The notes below the pieces were generated by a model. The model worked only from the letters and a program-made list of their open reading frames with translations, was not told the origin of the DNA and ran no database searches. Of a stretch of DNA of 64,000 nt, positions 1 through 12,629 are shown in pieces (position 1 is the first letter of the stretch; every line of letters begins with the position of its first letter). Origin of the DNA: Hypanus sabinus (lineage: Eukaryota); assembly GCF_030144855.1 (NCBI RefSeq), contig NC_082710.1, positions 170,748,001 to 170,812,000 of the forward strand, given 5' to 3'. Both the position numbers and the translations under genes were made by a program.

Positions 1-3000
1 AATTAAATAACAAGGGACTTAATGGACATCCTCATCTCGTACCCCATGAAAGCCAAAAAAAGGAGACCTGCAATTATTAGTAATAACAGTAGCAATAGGG
101 ATTTTATATATCATTCTGATCCACTTATTAAAATTAATACCAAAGCTGAATTTCTCCAAAACATTAAATAAGTCTTTCCATTCAACTCTGTCAAATGCCT
201 TTTCAGCATCGAGAGCACATTGGGGTGCCTTAGAAAAGGATGAATGTATAACATTTAACAGTCTCCAAAGAGAGAAAGAATAACGGCCCTTTACAAAACC
301 TGTTTGGTCTTGGGAGATAATTTTGGCTAGAATATTTTCCATCCGATTAGCTACTATTTTTGAAAGAATTTTAGCATCCACATTTAATAATGCATAGGTC
401 TCTGTGAAGCACATTCAGTAGGGTCTTTATCTTTCTTAAGAATTAAAGAAATAGAAGCTTCATAAAATGTGGGCAGTAAATCTCCTATCAAAAAAGAATC
501 TTTAAACATTTCCAACGTATATGGAGAAAGCAATTTTTCAAATATCTTATAAAATCCTACAGAATAACCATCCAATCCAGGAGCTTAACCAGATTGCATT
601 GAAAAAATGGCTTTCTGAATTTCGTTTTCAGTACAAGGAACATCAAGAGTTTGTTGATCTTCAGCAGAAATTAGAGGAAAATCGATCTTTTGTAAAAAAG
701 TATTCATTTTAGATGAATCAACCGGAAACTGAGATTTGTAAAGTTCAAAGTAAAAGTCTTGAAAAATTTTATTAATGTCTTCATAATTACATGCTAAATT
801 ACAATCTCTAGCTGCTTTTATTTGAGGTGCTAATAGCTTATTATTTTTATCTCCAAACACATAAAATTGGCTTCAATTTAAGCAAATTTCTTTCAATAGA
901 ATAAGTTAATAATAAATAATATTGTGATTGGAGTTCAACTCTTTGTTTGAATAAATCAATGTTAGGAGAGATTGCATAAATATTATCCAAGTCTTTAATT
1001 TGTTTTGAAATCTTATCTGACTCTGTTTTTGTCTGTTTCTTAAGCTTAGCTAGATAGGAGATTATCTGACCGCGCAAATATACTTTCAATGTATCCCATA
1101 AAATCAATTTCGACGTATCTCCCGTATTATTAAACGGAAAAAAAATCTTTTATGTGAGTCTCAATAAATTTGACAAAATCCAAACTTTTCTGGAAAATTT
1201 TCTGGAAAATGCCAAGGCAAATTTGCAATAACAACATCATTCAATGCAAAAGCTAAACTTAAAGGTGCATGATCCGATAGTATCATATTCACATTTCTTG
1301 ACTTTGGACAGAAATTGGGGATCAGCTACGACTCTCGAATATTTTTTGTGAACATGTGAAAAAAAAGAATAATCTCTATCATTCGGATGTAAATGTATCC
1401 AAGTTTCAACCAGACCAAAATCAATTTTTTTCAACCAGACCAATTTCAACCAGACTAAAAGATTTTTAAAATCTTTTTTGTTAATTCTTATTAAAGAGCA
1501 ACAAAAATACATTAAGGTAATCAAGTCAATATGGCATTATGCACAATGAAGAATTAAATTAGCAAATAATTGATTAACAAAGCTAATCAATATAGCAATA
1601 ATAAGAAGCAGAAATAAAGTGCTAAGAATATTTTTTTTTAATAAATGGAACCCCTACTAACTAAAAGAAAAAAACCTACTAACTAAAAAATGGGAAAAAA
1701 AACCCCAATGGTAGCACAACCCCGGAGCTATACATCATACAAGCTTCCATAGAAGAAAAACATCAGTCCGCCAACTGAAATCCATTTAAACAAAACTCAG
1801 AAGGAAACCATATTAATTAACTCAAATCAGATGATAGTAGCAGGCAAATAAACCCCACCTTTTCTCAAAATCAAATCAAGGATCAAAAGTTCGACTTCTG
1901 ATTTTCTCCAAACTAAGACAGAGCATCACTTGAGAGAACCATTGTATCAAAGTAGGGGCAGAAGCATCTTTCCATTTTGACAAAATAGCCATTCTGAACA
2001 ATAATGCTACAAATGCAATTACATATTGGTCTGATAGAATGTAAATGTCTCCAAATTTCAAACAAGCCAAAATCAATTAAAAAAGAGTTAATAAGTGATG
2101 CAGAACAACTCAGAAGCCACTGATTGGTTGATCTCATATCAATCAAAGGATTTAAACAATCTTCAAAGCTTGTTTCCTTTCTGAAATAATAATTATTCAG
2201 CAGACCTAAAACCATTCAAACCTTGGCTGCAACCAAAAGAGAGTTAACATAGTCCAATGCATCTTTGGGGTCCAGAAAAACACCTGGAGTCGAATCTTTG
2301 GAAAATAATGTTAATAATGTTAATCAGGGTGGATAGTGAAGTGATGGGTATAATCCCTTATCATAAGCTATCTTCATGGTTGGAGCAAATTGAGACTGCA
2401 GGTCCATAACATCCTATGGATAATCTTCATAAAAATGAATCTTGAAACCCTTGAATTTAAAAACTCTGTGTTACTTTGCATATTTCATGATTTGGTCTTT
2501 AACTTTGAAACAAAGAAAGCAGACCAAAACTGACCTTCGTTTATTCAGATCCTGAGATTTCGAAGTGAAAATTCTATGTGCTCTTTCGATATCGGGAGGT
2601 TGAGGTAAAATATCCAGAAACACAGATTGAAACAGGTTAGCAAAATAGCCCAATAAATCCCCACTCTCAAATCCTTCCTTCAGTCCAACAATTCGAATAT
2701 TATTCTGATGAGATCTTGCTTCCAAATCAATAATCTTATGTTGAGACTTTTCCAAGTGGGCTGAAATATTAGCTATCTGACGCTTCGTCTCTTTAAGTTC
2801 AGAATTCAAGGAAATAATATTTTCCTGCACAAATTGAGAACTTTGTCGTAACTACTTCAGCTCAGAAGAGGTAGCATCAAGTTTTACCGTGTTGTTGTCT
2901 ATTTTTCTGTCAAGAACCATCAGTGAATGTTCTAAATGCTCATCCCAAAAAGACATATCCTCTGATTTTCTTTCAAAGTTTTCCCCTTTCCATTGCTGGA

Positions 3001-3110
3001 CCACTTCTTAAAGCTTGTGACATAATAACAACTATTTCCCTCTAAGATCTGACAAATAAAAGTTAAAAATTCAAATTTTAAACTGGAGAAAAGGAAGAAT
3101 TAATCGCTGC
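1..3110 (-). mobile_element. Degenerate L1-clade LINE (ORF1, ORF2 endonuclease and RT fragments)
   Basis: ORF1-like LEARSHQNNIRIVGLKEG..IERAHR (2471-2830), EN-like HPNDRDYSFFS, RT-like LLNVDAKILSKIVANR..DQTGFVKGR..LDAEKAFDRVEW; frameshifted. Confidence 0.9.
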
Positions 3111-3119
3111 CACACAAAA

Positions 3120-6100
3120 TGTGTGTCACTCCATTGGGCAGTAGGCAGAGACCCCCTGACTATCCACACTATCAATGCATCATCTTATCATCTCATCATC
3201 TTATACATCTCTATCAGATCACCTCTCATCCTCCGTCACTCCAAGGAGAAAAGGTCACATTCACTCAATCCATTTGTATCAGGTACACTCTCCAATACAG
3301 GCAACATCCTTCTAAATATCTTCTGCACTCTCTCTATAGTATCCACATCCTTCCCGTAGTGAGGGGACCAGATCTGAGCACAGTACTCCAAGTGGGGTCT
3401 GAACAATGTTTTTTATAGCTGTAAAATTACCTCATGGCTCTTGAACTCAATCCCACAGTTGATGAAGGAAATCACACCATACACCTTCTGAAGTACCTCG
3501 TCAATGTAGAAGGTAGAGGGGGGACTTGATAGAGGTATTTAAAATTATGAGGGGGATAGATAGAGTTGATATGGATAGGCTTTTTCCATTGAGAGTAGGG
3601 GAGACTCAAACAAGAGGACATGAGAGTTAAGTTTAGGGGTAACTCAAGGGAGAATTTCTTTACTCAGAGAGTGGTAGCTATGGAACGAGCTTCCAGTAGA
3701 AGTGGTAGAGGCAGGTTCGATATTGTCATTAAAAAAAATTGGATTGGTATATGGATGGGAAAGGAATGGAGGGTTATGGGCTGAGTGCAGGTCGGTGGGT
3801 CTAGGTGAGAGTAAGCGTTCGGCACTGAATAGAAGGGCTGAGATGGCCTGTTTCCATGCTGTAATTGTTATATGTTATATGGTTATAACCTGCACAGCAG
3901 TTTTGAGTGTCCTTTGGACCTCTGTGATCCAACACACTGCCAAGAGTCTTACCACTAATTTTATATTCTGTCTTCAAATTCGACCTGCCAAAATGAACCA
4001 CTTCACACTTATCTGGGTTGAAATCCATCTGCCCATTTCTCAGCCAGTTCTGTATCCTATCAATGTCCTGCTGTAGCCTCTGACAATCCTCCAGACTATC
4101 CACAATGAAGCCAACTTTTGTGTCATCATCAAACTTATTAACCCACATTTCTACTTCCTCATTCAGGTCATTTATAAAAATCTCAAAGAGGAGGAGGTCC
4201 CAGAACAGATCCCTGCAGAACACAACATCATTGACCTCCATGCAGAATACAAAACATCTACAGCCTTTACCTTCTATTGGCAAGCTAATTCTGAATCCAC
4301 AATGCAAAGTCTCCTTGGGTCCCATGTCTTACTTTCTGAATGAGCCTTGTATGGGGAACCTTATCAAATGCCTTACTGAAATTCATATACAGTACATCCA
4401 CTACTCTACCTTCATCAATCTATTTTGTTACATCCACAAAGAATTCAATCAGTCTTGTAAGACATGACCTGCCCTTGACAAAGTCATGCTGACTATCCCT
4501 AATCAGATTGTCTCTCCAAATGCTTATAAATCCTCCCTCTCGGAATCTTCTCCAACAACTTGCCCACCACGGAAGGAAGTCTCACTGGTCTATAACTTCC
4601 TGTGTTATCTCTACTCCCTTTCTTGAACAGGGGAACAACATTTGCAACCCTCTAATCCTCCAGTGCTTCTCCCATCCCTATTAGTGATGCGAAGATCATC
4701 ACCAGAGGCTCAGCAATCTCCTCCCTTACTGTCCACAGTGGCCTGCAGGATATTTCATCTGGTCCCGGCGACTTATCTAACCTAATATTTTTCAAAAGCT
4801 CCAGCACATCCTCTTTCTTAATGTCCTAATCCACAAGCGGTTCAGTGTGTTGTAAGTCATCCCCACAATTGCCAAGATTCTTTTCCCCTGGTGAATACTG
4901 AAGCAAAGTTTTCATTAAGTACCTTCGATTCCATCTCTGACTCCATGCACATGTTTCCACTATTGCACCTGATCAGTCCTATTCTCACATGGCTCGTACT
5001 CTTGCTCTTCACATACTTGTAGAACGCCTTGGGGTTTTCCTTAATCCTTCTCGCTAAGGCCTTTTCATGACTCCTTCTAACTCTCCTAATTTCATTCTTA
5101 AGCTCCTTCCTAGCAACCTTGTAATTTTCCAGCGCTCTACTAGTACTTAGTTTCTTGAACCTTTCGTAAATTTTTCTTAACTAGATTTTCTACATCCTTT
5201 GTACACCATGGTTCTTTAGCCCCACCATCCTTTCCCAGCCTCAATGGAACATACCTATGCAGAACACCTTGCAAATTTTCCCTGAACATTTGCCACATTT
5301 CTGCCATGCACTTCCCTGAAAACATCTGCTCCCAATTAATGCTCCCAAGCTCCAGCCTAATAGCATCATATCTCCCATTACCCCAGTTCAGTGGTTCCCC
5401 AAATTGTATGCTCCTATCCTTCTCCAGTACTATAGTAAAGGAGATAGAGTTGCAATCACTACTGCCAAAATACTCTCGCACCGAGAGATCTGACACTTGA
5501 CCAGGTACATTTCCCAATACCAGATCAAGTACAGCCTCTCCTCTAGTATGTGCATCTGCATATTGCATCAGGAAACCTTCCTGAACTCACCTAACAAACT
5601 CTACCCCATCCAAACCCCTTGCTCTAAGAAGATGCCAGTCAATGTTAGGAAAGTTAAAACCACCCATCACAGCAACCCTATTATTATCACACCGTTCCAG
5701 AATCTGCCTCCCTATCTACCCTGCAATGTCTCTGTTACTATCGGGGTCTATAGAAACAATTAGTAGAGTTATTACCCTCTTTCTGTTTCTGACTTCCCCC
5801 ACACTGACTCAGTAGAGAATCCCTCCTTTCTTGCAGTTGTGACACCATCCCTGATTAGTAATGCCACACCCCCACCTCCTTTGCCTCCATCCGTGTTCTT
5901 TTTGAATCATCTAAAGCCCGATTCTCTCAGCAACCATTCCTGCCCCTGAGACAGACAAGTCTCTGTAATGGTCACAATGTCATAGTTTCATGTATTGATC
6001 CACTCCCTAAGTTCATCCACCTTGTTTATGATACTCCTTGCATTAAAATAGATGCATCTCAAACCATCTGGCTGAGTGCATCTTTACTCTATCATCTGCC

Positions 6101-7430
6101 TGTCCTTCCTCACAAACTCCCTACAACTGTCCTTACTTATGCACCAACTGCCCCATCCCCAGCCTTTTCACTTTGGATCCCAACCCCCTGAAAATCTTGT
6201 TTAAACCCACCCCAACAGCACTAGCAAACGGTTCCTCTCCAGTTCAGGTGCAAACATCCCACTTGTACAGGTCACCACTTCCCCAGAAAGAATCCAATGA
6301 TCTAAGAACTTGAAATATTGCCCCTTGTACCATCTCCTCAGCCATTCATTCTTCTGCACTATCTTCCTGGCCTTGCCTAGCTCATGGCACAGGGAGTAAA
6401 CCAGAGGATATTGGAAGCCCTACTCATCAGCCTCCTTCCCAACTTCCTAATCTTACTGTACAGGACCTCTACCACTCTCCTGCCTATGTCATTGCTCCAA
6501 CATGTACCATTACCTCCAGATGCTCACCCTCCACTTCAAGAACCCAGAGACATCCTGGCCCCAAGCACCCGGGACACAACACACTATCCTGGTGTCTCTA
6601 TCTCCCATCTGTCACCCTAACTATCGAGTCCCCTATGACTATAGTTCCACCTAACTTCACCCTACTCTTCTGAGGCTTTTGGTCTGGCTGCTGCTGTCTT
6701 GCCCATTTAGGTCATTTCCCCCCCCCCCCAGCAGTATCCAAAGGGGTATAGCTGTTGCTGAGAGGAATAGCCTGCACTGATTTCTTTCTCTCTTTATCTT
6801 TTTCTGTATTCACCCATCTACTCTCTGAATTCTGCACTCTGGGTGTAACTCAATAGTCTTATCTATCAGCTTGCCTCCCTCCCGGATGATTGTTAGTTCA
6901 TCCAACTCCAGCTCCAGCTCCAGCTCTTTAATGTGGTCCTTCATGAGCGGGAGTTGGCTGTACTTCCTACGGGTATAGTCATCAGGGAGACTATCAGGTA
7001 CCATGAATTCCCACATTCTACAGGAGCAGCATTCCACAGCCATATCTGCCATCCTGCCTGCACCGTACAATGGGCAGCCAAGACCAAATCAGCCACAACC
7101 AAAGGAAAAAACCTGCCCTTCCTACCTGTTTCTTTGGCCTCAGCCTCTTCTCGTCCCACTCTGACAATGGCCACTCCACTGGACCCTATCTCTCTTATCT
7201 GGTTTAAAAAAAAGAAAGATCCCCACACAAGGAGAAGGAACTCATCACATTTGGTGCTGTGCCTGCCTTCCACTGGTGACAGTGCCTCCGACACGTCCCG
7301 CTCCTGTGAACTGGCTACGGTTTTTAAGAAAAATCCTCACACAAGGAGAAGGAACTCATCGGATTTGGTGCTCCGCCTGCCTTATGCTGCCGCTGATGCC
7401 TCTGAACTGATAGAGGTTTATCACTAATTA
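3120..7430 (-). mobile_element. Near full-length degenerate CR1 LINE with a nested + strand CR1 3' fragment at about 3506-3887
   Basis: ORF1-like (6810-7070), EN-like TRGEAVLDLVLGN..G.SD.NSISF, RT C-terminus KF.DDTKVG..LQQDIDR..FNPDKCEVVHFGRSN. The host sequence resumes on both sides of the nested piece. Confidence 0.9.
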
Positions 7431-7439
7431 GAGACACAG

Positions 7440-7760
7440 CCAATTGATATCATTGTCACAGGGGATCATGTCTAATTCCAGAGGGCATGAATTTAAAGTG
7501 GGAGGGTATGTTCAAAGGAGAAGTGTAGGCAAGTGTTTTCACAGACAGGTACAGTAGGGCATTGAACAGGCTCTTAAACAGGCACATGGGTGTGCCGGAA
7601 ATGAGGGATACGGACGCTATGTTGGGAAGGGTTAGTCTAATTGGACATCTGGTCACCAATTGGTTCGGCGCAACATTGTTTACTGAAGGGCCCATTACTG
7701 TACGGTACTGTCTAATGTATTTAAAATAGTAACTACTGAACCGTCCAGTCCATAGCCCAA
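7440..7760 (+). mobile_element. CR1 3' fragment
   Basis: agagggcatgaatttaaagtg...gggcccattactgtacggtactgt resembles CR1 3' ends. Confidence 0.6.
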
Positions 7761-8241
7761 TCACACTCTTTGTTAAAACATTTCTGCTAACGATTTACCA
7801 CCATATTCTTTCAAAGTTTCTACCCCCAATGCCAACTCCAAATGATGGCAGGTTCAGAACCAGAAACAGGTTTAATATCACCAGCATATGTCATGAAATT
7901 TGTCCACTTAAGCAGAAATACTATGCAATACATGATAATATAGAAAAGATAATAGGTAAATAGATCAATTTCAGTAAGTATGAATGTGTGTGAGTTTGTG
8001 TGTGTGTTTATTTATATATATATATATGTATATTAAATAGTTGAATTTAAAGATTGTGCAAAAACAGAACTAATAAAAAATGAAACAATGATTTCATCCT
8101 CCTTTAAACTGTGGTACTGACGATTGACAGCAAACAATCTCGAATGTTAAATGTGTCCGGTCTTTAACACTGGACCTTAATTCTCAGCCCAATGGCCAAC
8201 TTCTAAATGGGAAGCATTGACTCTCTCCTTTCCCACTGCAG

Positions 8242-8571
8242 GAAAAAGCAGGAGCTTCACGGTTACGCAAGGCCAGTCCAGTATATTTGTGGCTGAGGGT
8301 GAAACGGTCCTCATGGTCTGTAGCCATAATGCCAATCACTCCGGAGACACCCGGCTCTACAGCTGGTACAGGAACACATCTGAAGTCTCCAACGGGACGG
8401 CAGAGTATGCAGGGCGTGTCCTTGGGCCTGACCAGGAGGATTCCTTCAAAGCTTCCATTAAGCTGGTGGATGTGAGGGAGAGCGATTCCGGAATGTACTA
8501 CTGCAAAGTACGGATAGACGGGATTGGCGAGAAAATCGGAGATGGCGTTCAGTTGACCGTTAGTCACACAC
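8242..8571 (+). CDS. NCR3-like: Gene 1 exon: VJ-type Ig V-set domain, NKp30/NCR3-like (probably the second, membrane-proximal domain)
   Basis: Acceptor ctcctttcccactgcag and donor c|gtgagt; 330 nt, phase 1 to 1. Translation KSRSFTVTQ..VC..WYR..EVSNGTAEYAGRV..DSGMYYCKVRIDGIGEKIGDGVQLTV has the canonical Cys, Trp, DxGxYxC and an in-exon J-like GxG-x-x-LTV. It closely resembles my recollection of NKp30 (EVRNGTPEFRGRL...YVCRVEVLGLGVGTGNGTRLVV). Confidence 0.9.
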
Positions 8572-9414
8572 GTGAGTGATTCCCCAGACCGAGACAACAC
8601 CGAGCTTATTACCACCCACAATCACCCACACTCCCCCATCAACTTTCTATTGTTTGAGCCCTGTCAGGTTTCCTGCCTTCACTTCCAATGTGATCACCAA
8701 CGGGACTGACTGACCACTGCTGAATGTAGATGGGAGACTACAGATAACAAGAGTTACATTGGGGTGACTGGCTGGAGATGACACACTTATCAACACATGA
8801 ACAATGATTGGCTCAAAGTCCAGATTATAGACCAGTGGCAGTGGGTCACACACAATCCTTTGCCCTCCACTTGGTCGAGGTGGAGCAGTCAGTCACACAC
8901 TACCCTCTTGCCCCTCTGGGACCAGGTGGGGCAGTGGGTCACACACTGTCCGATCCTATTCTCAATGATTGGCCAACCCGCATCTCTGGTTGCTCTGCAT
9001 TTCTCCCACATCCCAAGGACATATGGGTTGGTGGTTTAATTGATTGCTGTAAATTGCCCCCGTGTTGGGAAGTGATAGAACTTCAGGGAATTTGAAAGGA
9101 AGGTGGGGGAGGATCAGATAATGGGAAAATAAATGGGATTAGTGTAGGACATGTACACTAATGTTAGTCGAAGATCAGCATTGAATGTGACTTTATCACC
9201 TGTAGGTCATCCTATACAATTATTGGAAAAGCAACTTCCCCGTGCTTTCTGCACTAGAATTGGGAAAAGAGGGTGTGGCAGAGGCAGGAATAATTTCACC
9301 AGTGGGGTTAAACACTTTCAGGTCAGCTGCCATGTCATTGTGTGCCTCACCATTCTCAAAGGGCCAAATGGCCTATTTGTGCTGATGTGTTCTGTGTTGT
9401 TTTCTCCCCCACAG

Positions 9415-9528
9415 GCAAACTAAAACCTGTCACGATTCTCCTGGTGATCCTGTTAGCAGCCTTTGGGATACAAGGGAGCATCCTGCTCGTCAGCATCCTG
9501 TTTCGTAGAAAAATCTGCAGTGCAGAAA
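9415..9528 (+). CDS. NCR3-like: Gene 1 transmembrane exon
   Basis: Acceptor ttttctcccccacag, donor a|gtaagg; 114 nt, phase 1 to 1. KLKPVTILLVILLAAFGIQGSILLVSILFRRKICSAE: hydrophobic stretch followed by a basic stop-transfer motif, with no charged residue inside the TM. Confidence 0.9.
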
Positions 9529-9559
9529 GTAAGGGGACTGAATCCTTTACCTCTATAAC

Positions 9560-10110
9560 CAGTTTAAGATCGTCAGATAGAGGGATTAGGCCATTCAGCC
9601 CATCAAGTTTGCTCCACCATTCCATATTGAGACTTTTTCCCCCTTGTAACCCTGTTCTTCTGCCTTTCCTCCATAACTTTAGAAACCAATACCCATCAGG
9701 AACCTATTAACTTCTGCTTTAAATATACCCAATGACTTGGCCTCCACATTTGTCTGGAGCAATAAACTCCACAGATTCACCACCTGGCCAAAGTAACTTT
9801 CCTTTATTTCCTGTTCTGAGTGGTGCTGTCTGGTCCTAGACGCTCTCAATATTGGAAATATCCTCGCCACATACACTCTATTTAGGCCTTTTAGTATTTC
9901 ATAAATGTCAGTAAGATCCATTCTCACCATTCTTCTAAACTCCAGCCTGTACAGGCCCAGGGCCAGCCATCGTTCCCCGTACATTAACTCTTTCATTCCC
10001 AGATCAGTTTTGTCATTCTCCTCTGGATCCTCTCCAATGCCAGCACATTGTTTCTTAGATATTGAGCCCCAAACAGCTCACAACACTGCCAATCTTGTTT
10101 GACCAATGCC
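9560..10110 (-). mobile_element. CR1 3' fragment
   Basis: ORF 9679-9996, ERWLALGLYRLEFRRM..DL..IYEILKGL.RV. Confidence 0.75.
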
Positions 10111-10944
10111 TTATATCCCTAAAGGTGAGGAACATTTGGAAAGCCCAAGGGGTTCCTCAGCATGTGTAGATAAGCAGGGCAATTGAGGTAGTAGAGCTGT
10201 GACTCAGCAACAGAGACACAGGCCCTTCAGCCCAACTCATCTCTGCTGACTGAGATGTCTGGTGCCATTAACCAGTGATTGGCCCATAAACCTTTGGTCA
10301 TGATGGTGCAAGCTGTGGTCTCTCTGGAGATCATGGCCCAGACTTAGTTGTACTTTTAAGTTTGAAGGGGTGGTTTTCAGGACAGAGAGTGGAGTCAGGG
10401 GTCAGATTAGGGTTTGTGGACAGGGATGTGAAGGAGGTAGAGGTCAGGACTCCACTCTGCGCCCAGTGATTTGGACGATTCACAAGGTGCACTCCGAGTC
10501 TGGGACTCTGCTCCGCACAATGATTCCAGCGATGCTGTCATGGCGATGAAATACATTCAGAGTTTAGGCCTCTGCTCTGTGCACAAAGGTTAGTCATGTG
10601 GGAGGGAATCTCCACGAAGGACACCATGAATGCTGGGCTGTCTCGGGTTGATGGGTCCCAGTATTGAACATCTGTGTGTCCAAAAGGCACAAGGCCCAGT
10701 CAGATGGCATCTGATTGTAATTGTGTCCAATTCAGCAGCTTTCTCTGATGACTAGGCTGGATTAACTTATTGTCAAATGCTCCGAGATGTGATGAAATCC
10801 CTTCCCTGTCTGAAGCTCACTGGTGTATGTGGTAATACTAAATAAAACAGCAAATACAGCGATGAGGACAAGACAACAGACTGGTGTAAGGAGAGTTGTG
10901 CAATGTAAAAGAAACGCTCGTCAGTGACAGGGAGGGCAGAATAG

Positions 10945-11210
10945 TGGGGCGGCGTGGTGACATTGTGGTTTCTGTAACACTGTTACAGTGCCAGCAAAGG
11001 GGTGGCTCAGTTCCTGCCACTGTCTGTAAGGAGTTTGTGTGTTCTCCCTGTGACTGCATCGGTTTCCAATGGGTGCAGTGGTTCCCTCCACATCCTAAAG
11101 ACATACAAGTTGTCTGGTTAATTGGGACATGGGTGTAACTGCAGGGAGCTGTCACGTCGGGCTGGAAGGACCTGTTACTGCCCTGTGTCCCTAAATAAAA
11201 ATAAAATAAA
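10945..11210 (+). mobile_element. tRNA-derived SINE (V-SINE-like); paralogous copy at about 57915-58180
   Basis: A-box-like and B-box-like head, central gtctgtaaggagtttgtgtgttctccctgtgac domain, A-rich tail taaataaaaataaaataaa. Confidence 0.7.
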
Positions 11211-11509
11211 CAAGAACGAAGAGACCAAGTACAACTATCTCTAAGTGAGTGGCAGTGGGTCACACCCTCATAAATCATCTTTGCGCCCTCTCCAGTGCAA
11301 TCACATCCTTCCTTCAGTGTGGCACCTGAACTGTGCACAGTCCTCCAGCTGTGACCTGACCAATGCATTATAAAGCCGTATCATCATCTTTTGTACTCCC
11401 TGTGCTGCCCAATGGAAGCAAGTATCCATGTGCTTTGTCCATACAACTGACTCGGTTTTGAGGGCTAAGTGGGAAACCAGTGCATTCTGAAACCACCTGG
11501 GTGGAGCTG

Positions 11510-12125
11510 CCAACAAGCAGACTCCTGGTGGGCACTCATTTCAGTTCTATTCCCTACTCCCATTCTGACACGTCTGTCCACAATGAGGCCAAACAGGGTG
11601 GAGAAGCAACACCTCATATTCCAGCTAAGGCGCCTCTAACCTGGTGGCATGAACATTGACTTCTCTAACTTCTGAAAATTCCTCTTGCCCCCCCCCCTCT
11701 CTTTTTCCATTCCTCATTCTGGTTACCTTCTCAGCCCTTTCCTTCTCCTTACCAAACCATCACCCTCTTCAGATGCCCCTCGTCCTTCCCTTCAATTGCC
11801 CTCTGTCCTCTCCTATCAGATTCTTTCATCTTCAGCCTTTCACCTCTTCTACTTATCACCCTCCCCCCAGCTTCTTACTTCATGTGCTCTCCGTCACCTG
11901 CCCACCTTGCCCCTCACCTGGTCTCACCTATCACTTGACAGTTTGTACTCCATTCCCCTCCCCTCACATTATCTTCTGGCTTCTACCCTCTTCATTCCCA
12001 GTCCTGTTGAAGGCTCTTGATCAGAAGAATCGACTGGTTATTGCTCTCCATAAATGCTGCCTGACCTGCTGAGTTCATCCAGCATTTTGTGATTGGTTCT
12101 CTGGACTTCCAGCATCTGCAGAATC
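11510..12125 (+). mobile_element. Penelope-like element 3' fragment
   Basis: ggagaagcaacacctcatattcc..ggcatgaacattgacttctc and the tgctgcctgacctgctgagtt tail, shared with other copies in the window (about 20590-21050 and 62760-63500). Confidence 0.6.
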
Positions 12126-12176
12126 ACTTGTGTTTGTTGACTAATCAGCATCTTTCTTCTCTCCTTCCCTTCACAG

Positions 12177-12195
12177 ATTCTGTTCTGGTTCAAAG
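12177..12195 (+). CDS. Gene 1 cytoplasmic micro-exon c1 (19 nt, (N)SVLVQ)
   Basis: Long pyrimidine tract ending tcacag and donor aag|gtgagt; phase 1 to 2; identical in the paralog at 59143-59161. Confidence 0.75.
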
Positions 12196-12292
12196 GTGAG
12201 TGTTTGTTACACTCTCAAGTTTCACAGAATCTGTGCCATTACCATGTAAAGGGACACACATGGAGTAAACCTTTTCCACTTTCTCTTCTCAG

Positions 12293-12330
12293 ACAGGAGC
12301 TATTTATTCTGAACAACAGCACCAGAGCGG
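12293..12330 (+). CDS. Gene 1 cytoplasmic exon c2 (38 nt, (R)QELFILNNSTRA)
   Basis: Acceptor cttttccactttctcttctcag, donor cgg|gtaagt; phase 2 to 1; splice sites retained in the paralog. Confidence 0.7.
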
Positions 12331-12629
12331 GTAAGTAAAAGCCCCCAGAGCCAATCTGTGTGATTGTATTAGGCAGACTTGTCTGTGATGTTAGAGTGTC
12401 ATACAGCATAGAGCTTGGCAATTCAGCCCTTCCTGTCCATGCTGACCCATCAAAATTACCCTCGCCTTCCACCACTTAACCTCGTGCCCTTGGCAATTCG
12501 AATGTCAATTTAGAATTGCCTTTCCCACAGAGGGGATTCAGAATTTGCTTGCCTGTAGAAGGCAGAAGGTGGTTGTAGATGGAGCCTGGAGGACGCTGAG
12601 CTCTGGTGCTCTATAGTGATCTCTTTTGG

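Noticed and set aside
10561-10588. Possible 28-nt exon between the TM exon and c1
   Set aside because: Poor pyrimidine tract, and including it puts c3 into a stop-containing frame.
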